Assembly: GCA_963702845.1 (NCBI GenBank)
Contig: OY969763.1
Coordinates: forward strand, 2,816,001-2,880,000
Reading direction: 5' to 3'
Source of the DNA: an uncultured Verrucomicrobiae bacterium
GTDB lineage: Bacteria; Verrucomicrobiota; Verrucomicrobiia; Limisphaerales; Palsa-1400
Length of the DNA stretch: 64,000 nt
The notes beneath the pieces were generated by a model. It saw nothing but the letters and a program-made list of their open reading frames with translations. It was not told where the DNA came from and ran no database searches. The position numbers were made by a program, and so were the translations under genes. Numbering within the stretch: the stretch's first letter is position 1; every line of letters starts with the position of its first letter. Shown one piece after another: positions 60,453 through 64,000 of the stretch.

Positions 60453-61877
60453 TCACGCCTTCGGTCGAGAGAAGACGTCGTCGGCCACCGCCTCATTGCG
60501 TTTGACCTCGGTGAACTTAAGCGTCCAGTGTTCCGCTCCGCTCTGGCGCAAAACGAACGGCAATACTAACCCGTCAATCTCCCGATAATCCTCACCATCC
60601 ATTTGATACTGCTGAGCCCCGATTGCGTAATTGATCCGAACCAACAACCCTGTCTGCGTATCGAACCACAATTGCGGCGATTGGTCCTGTAACTTCACTT
60701 CAACAACATAGGCCGAACGTTTGCCGATCGGTTCCTTACCTTTGAGGCTGGCCTTCGGAAGCAGCGCGGCGAGAGAATCACCTCGATAAGCACCCAAAAT
60801 AATTCCCGTCACGAGCGCGTTAACCGGATCCAAATCAGGACCTCCCCATGGAGAGACTTCCCACCCAGCCACTCCATCGAACCCGCGACGGAAAACCGGG
60901 TTACCTCCCGCCTTGAGCACCTCAAGCCAACGATCTGGCGCCTTGACTATCGCCGCGGCGTCCAGCGTTCCTAACCCATCTCCACTTTCGAAAACGCCCT
61001 TCATCGTCAGCGTCGTCGTCTTGTCTGCGCCGGCCATCGGACCTTTGCTTTTCGTGTAGCGCGCAAAAATTTCGGCAACCGTTGGCGATGAAGAAACATT
61101 CTTCGAGACCACCGTTACCGTTCCTGCGGCAAGCAAAACTGCCACACTCGCGATGATACCGACTTTTACCTTTGACCATGCCATAAGTTTGATTGCTCCT
61201 TTTACGAGGGTTGATGTTGAACTGCCGATGGCCGCTCCTTTAGCCGCCGTCGCAGTAACCGTTCCTGCCAAGCCAATCGGCGCTGCCTGCACCGAATTAC
61301 CCGAAATTGCCGTCGCAATGATCGCCGTCGTCGAAACCACACCGCGTTTGCTGTAAAACTTGCGCAATTTATCCAAAGCCCGTGACACGCGTTTTTGCGC
61401 AGTATCCGGGTCAACGCCTAGAATGTTTCCAACTTCGTTGAGCGGTTTTTGCTGGTAGAACCGCAAAACGATTGCGCTACGATCACGCTCGTTGAGTTGG
61501 GCCACCGCTTCGTCGAGCAGCGGCGACATTTGCGCCCATGCTTTCGCATCGGGTTCATTCAAGAGCGATTGCATATACGCCTCCTGTTCGCGGTGCAGCC
61601 GTCGATATTCCGTCCTCCGGGTATTGCGCGCTACGAAATGCGCAGTGCGACAAAGCCAGCCGGCGAGCACCGTCGTATCACTCAGCTTCCCGGCTTTTTG
61701 AGCGAGGATTATAAAAACAGCCTGCGCGACTTCCTGGGCCTGCTCTGGATTCTGAACTTGTCGCAATGCGGCGGAATAGACGAGAGCGATATATCGCTCC
61801 ACCAGCATGGAAAAGGCTTCTTCCGATTGCCGGGAGGCGTAAGCAGACAATAATTCCGCGTCATCCAACTCGCTCAT
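60453..61877 (-). CDS. ECF sigma factor with TM segment and LolA-like extension
   Basis: Same module; KAPDRW, GFDG, WFDTQTGLLVR, DYREIDGLVLPF. Confidence 0.88.
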   Translation of the reverse strand: MSELDDAELLSAYASRQSEEAFSMLVERYIALVYSAALRQVQNPEQAQEVAQAVFIILAQKAGKLSDTTVLAGWLCRTAHFVARNTRRTEYRRLHREQEAYMQSLLNEPDAKAWAQMSPLLDEAVAQLNERDRSAIVLRFYQQKPLNEVGNILGVDPDTAQKRVSRALDKLRKFYSKRGVVSTTAIIATAISGNSVQAAPIGLAGTVTATAAKGAAIGSSTSTLVKGAIKLMAWSKVKVGIIASVAVLLAAGTVTVVSKNVSSSPTVAEIFARYTKSKGPMAGADKTTTLTMKGVFESGDGLGTLDAAAIVKAPDRWLEVLKAGGNPVFRRGFDGVAGWEVSPWGGPDLDPVNALVTGIILGAYRGDSLAALLPKASLKGKEPIGKRSAYVVEVKLQDQSPQLWFDTQTGLLVRINYAIGAQQYQMDGEDYREIDGLVLPFVLRQSGAEHWTLKFTEVKRNEAVADDVFSRPKA

Positions 61878-61940
61878 TACCTATAATTGTCTGCCCGCGA
61901 AAGAATCCGACAATTTAATTTGCGAGAAGCCTGGCGCAGG

Positions 61941-63242
61941 TCACTTCAATCGTGAGACATAGACAAACACCAGCAGGGTTTCCGGCGCGTCCCCCTCGAT
62001 TTTGCTGTTTAAAACAACCGTCTGCCCGGAAGCGACCGCCAAAGTCTGTTCTTTTATGTTGGTTACGCGAATCGAAGGCGACGGCCCATCCACCAAGTCC
62101 CGCAATTCAGCTTCAACCTTCAACGCAATCCTCGAATCCCGCTCAACTACAGGTGTCACACTCAGGGTGGTTCCGACAAACGCGTTTGTGCCGATGGCCT
62201 CGACCGTTTTCTGCATTGAACCCGTCGCTCCCATACCAGTGGCGGTGGTAATACCGGGCGCATCATATAAAGTGACACCCGGGTGTTTATTGATAAGCGC
62301 GCGAAATGCCTTCGTGCTGGGGTCGACAGGAATCACTGGCTTTGCGAACTCCTCGAGAATGGCGCTGACATTCCCGGTTGGAGTTCTGACGAACAAGCCT
62401 TTGATCAAGACCTGCGCTTTTTTGCCGGAATTATTTTTGCTACCGAAGGGGGTTGCCGTCCCTTTGTCAGACAGCGCTACTGTGGCCACGCCACCCGCCA
62501 ATAAAATTCCTGCGGCGATACCGAATGCCAATTTGAGTTTTGCGTAGGTCATAATCTTGAGCGTTCCTTTCACTAGGGTTGAGGTTGAACCGTTGATTGC
62601 TGCGCCACTGACAACAGATCCTGAAATTGTTTGGGCCAAAGAAATCGGGGCGGCCTGCACCGAATTACCCGAAATTGCCGTCGCAATAATTGCGGTCGTG
62701 GAAACCACACCGTGTTTGCTGAAATACCTGCGCAACTTTTCAAGGCTGCGATTGACACGCATCTTGGACGCATCCTCACTTGCGCCCATCGCTGCGCCGA
62801 CGTCCTTAAAATTCTTATCTTGATAGAACCGGAGCACGATTGCGTCTTGTTCCTTCTCGCCCAATCCGGCAATCGCGGTTTCAAGCAGCGGCGAGAGTTG
62901 AGCCCACGCGTCAATTTCTGGTTCATGGCTGCTAGATTGCATGTAAGCCTCCTGTTCGCGTGCAAGCCGGCGGCGCTGTTGTTTCAACGCGTCAGCCGAA
63001 GCAAATCGTGCGGTGCGACAAAGCCACCCGGGAAGAATCGTCTTACTGCTGAGCGAACCCGCCTTGCGCGCAAGAACGATGAACACCGCTTGTGTGACAT
63101 CCTGCGCCAGGTCTGCGTCCGTCACTTGTCGCAGTGCAACGGAATAGACGAGATTAACGTGCCGCGCGACGATCGAGGCAAAAGCCTCCTCGGAGCCCGT
63201 CTCCGCATACCTTCGCACCAAATCCATGTCGTCACTCGTCAT
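61941..63242 (-). CDS. ECF sigma factor with TM segment and secretin-like extension
   Basis: Same module; APGITT...[11 protein letters not shown]...VASGQTVVL. Confidence 0.85.
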   Translation of the reverse strand: MTSDDMDLVRRYAETGSEEAFASIVARHVNLVYSVALRQVTDADLAQDVTQAVFIVLARKAGSLSSKTILPGWLCRTARFASADALKQQRRRLAREQEAYMQSSSHEPEIDAWAQLSPLLETAIAGLGEKEQDAIVLRFYQDKNFKDVGAAMGASEDASKMRVNRSLEKLRRYFSKHGVVSTTAIIATAISGNSVQAAPISLAQTISGSVVSGAAINGSTSTLVKGTLKIMTYAKLKLAFGIAAGILLAGGVATVALSDKGTATPFGSKNNSGKKAQVLIKGLFVRTPTGNVSAILEEFAKPVIPVDPSTKAFRALINKHPGVTLYDAPGITTATGMGATGSMQKTVEAIGTNAFVGTTLSVTPVVERDSRIALKVEAELRDLVDGPSPSIRVTNIKEQTLAVASGQTVVLNSKIEGDAPETLLVFVYVSRLK

Positions 63243-63640
63243 CTCGCCTATATATGGACGCCCAAGCAGAAAAGTAACTGACTATTTCGCAACCCTAACC
63301 CGCGAAGCCACTCCGAAGCCCCGTAGGGCGACATAATTATAGCCCAGGGTGAAAGCGCGGCCTTGAGGGCCCACGCGAAGCGTCCTCGTAATAACTTGTT
63401 CTGATGTGCGCCGCAACCCTGGGTAAACCGCCTCAATCGCAGATTCACTTTGCCGAAGGCGCGACGAAGGAGTTAAAAACCCATCTTCAGCAAGTGCCGC
63501 CAAACCTGCGCACCCCCAAAAAACCTGTTTGGATATCAATTGCTAGGCCACACTACACGCCCGTGCATTCCAAGCTAAGTATCTTGGCGCTGTGCCTGCT
63601 GATCGCAGGTTGTTCGTCCGTCGACTCTAAAACGACCTGA

Positions 63641-64000
63641 TCATTGTGGCGTCGCGGCTACGTGTGAATCGAAATAGAGTTGATTGCGAACGTTCCCGTG
63701 GGCCGGATTGATCGGCTGATACCAAAAATATTGCGCCGCGGGAAAACCGTTTTGCTGGTCCACATCCGTAAGCGCCCATGACAGGGCCGGATTGTAGATT
63801 TCGCGCAAACGTTTCGGAGCCTCATCCGCGTTCGTAAACGGCGGGGTCTGCGAATGGGGGTAGCCAAACGGTCGGGTCACAACACCTGAATTAATATTGG
63901 TGACAACAGGATTGGCCATGTAGCTCAACGGCATGGTCAACGCCATCAAGGGCGTTCCAGGATCAGCCGAAAACCAATGCCGCGCCGCCGAAGGACATCT
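63641..64000 (-). CDS. 3' part of an H-X9-DG-type (DUF1559-like) protein, paralog of 32118-32832
   Basis: RPFGYP, PKRLREIY, HGNVRNQLYFDSHV. Confidence 0.8.
   Translation of the reverse strand, partial: RCPSAARHWFSADPGTPLMALTMPLSYMANPVVTNINSGVVTRPFGYPHSQTPPFTNADEAPKRLREIYNPALSWALTDVDQQNGFPAAQYFWYQPINPAHGNVRNQLYFDSHVAATPQ

Noticed and set aside
63305..63430. tRNA or ncRNA in the palindromic intergenic region
   Set aside because: Looks like a CCCAGGGT...ACCCTGGG REP-type inverted repeat; no tRNA arms seen. No rRNA or tRNA was recognised in the window.

Overview
Bacterial chromosomal DNA, most likely from a Verrucomicrobiota (Pedosphaerales-like) organism. This is inferred from the DUF1549/1553-DUF1501 pair, H-X9-DG prepilin-like proteins, the 'EPxYxGxxLSEW' HEAT family and ECF sigma factors with long C-terminal extensions. 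Housekeeping blocks (sucA-cinA, fur, atpDC, waaA, ybaB-recR, a KS/CLF/KR/ACP cluster, pyrC, carA) alternate with mosaic accessory regions. Main observations: (1) two integrase-less integron cassette arrays (about 16.5-21.7 kb and 33.0-36.2 kb) with about 11 attC sites; each contains the same internal module of a phosphoketolase 3' fragment plus an attI-like leader. (2) An IS110-family element inserted exactly in an attC core. (3) A tandem array at 28.9-32.1 kb in which divergent cargo genes are separated by conserved 40-60 bp ends of a phage-like primase gene and helicase gene. (4) A recurring pattern of short orphan gene-end fragments bordering variable cargo. (5) Dispersed noncoding elements with 10-11 bp phased repeats and a shared palindrome. 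(6) Four tandem ECF sigma genes with unrelated C-terminal domains, each with its own putative leaderless promoter. Several frameshifts, including one in waaA, probably reflect sequencing indels. All family assignments come from motif recognition by eye; no database searches were run.
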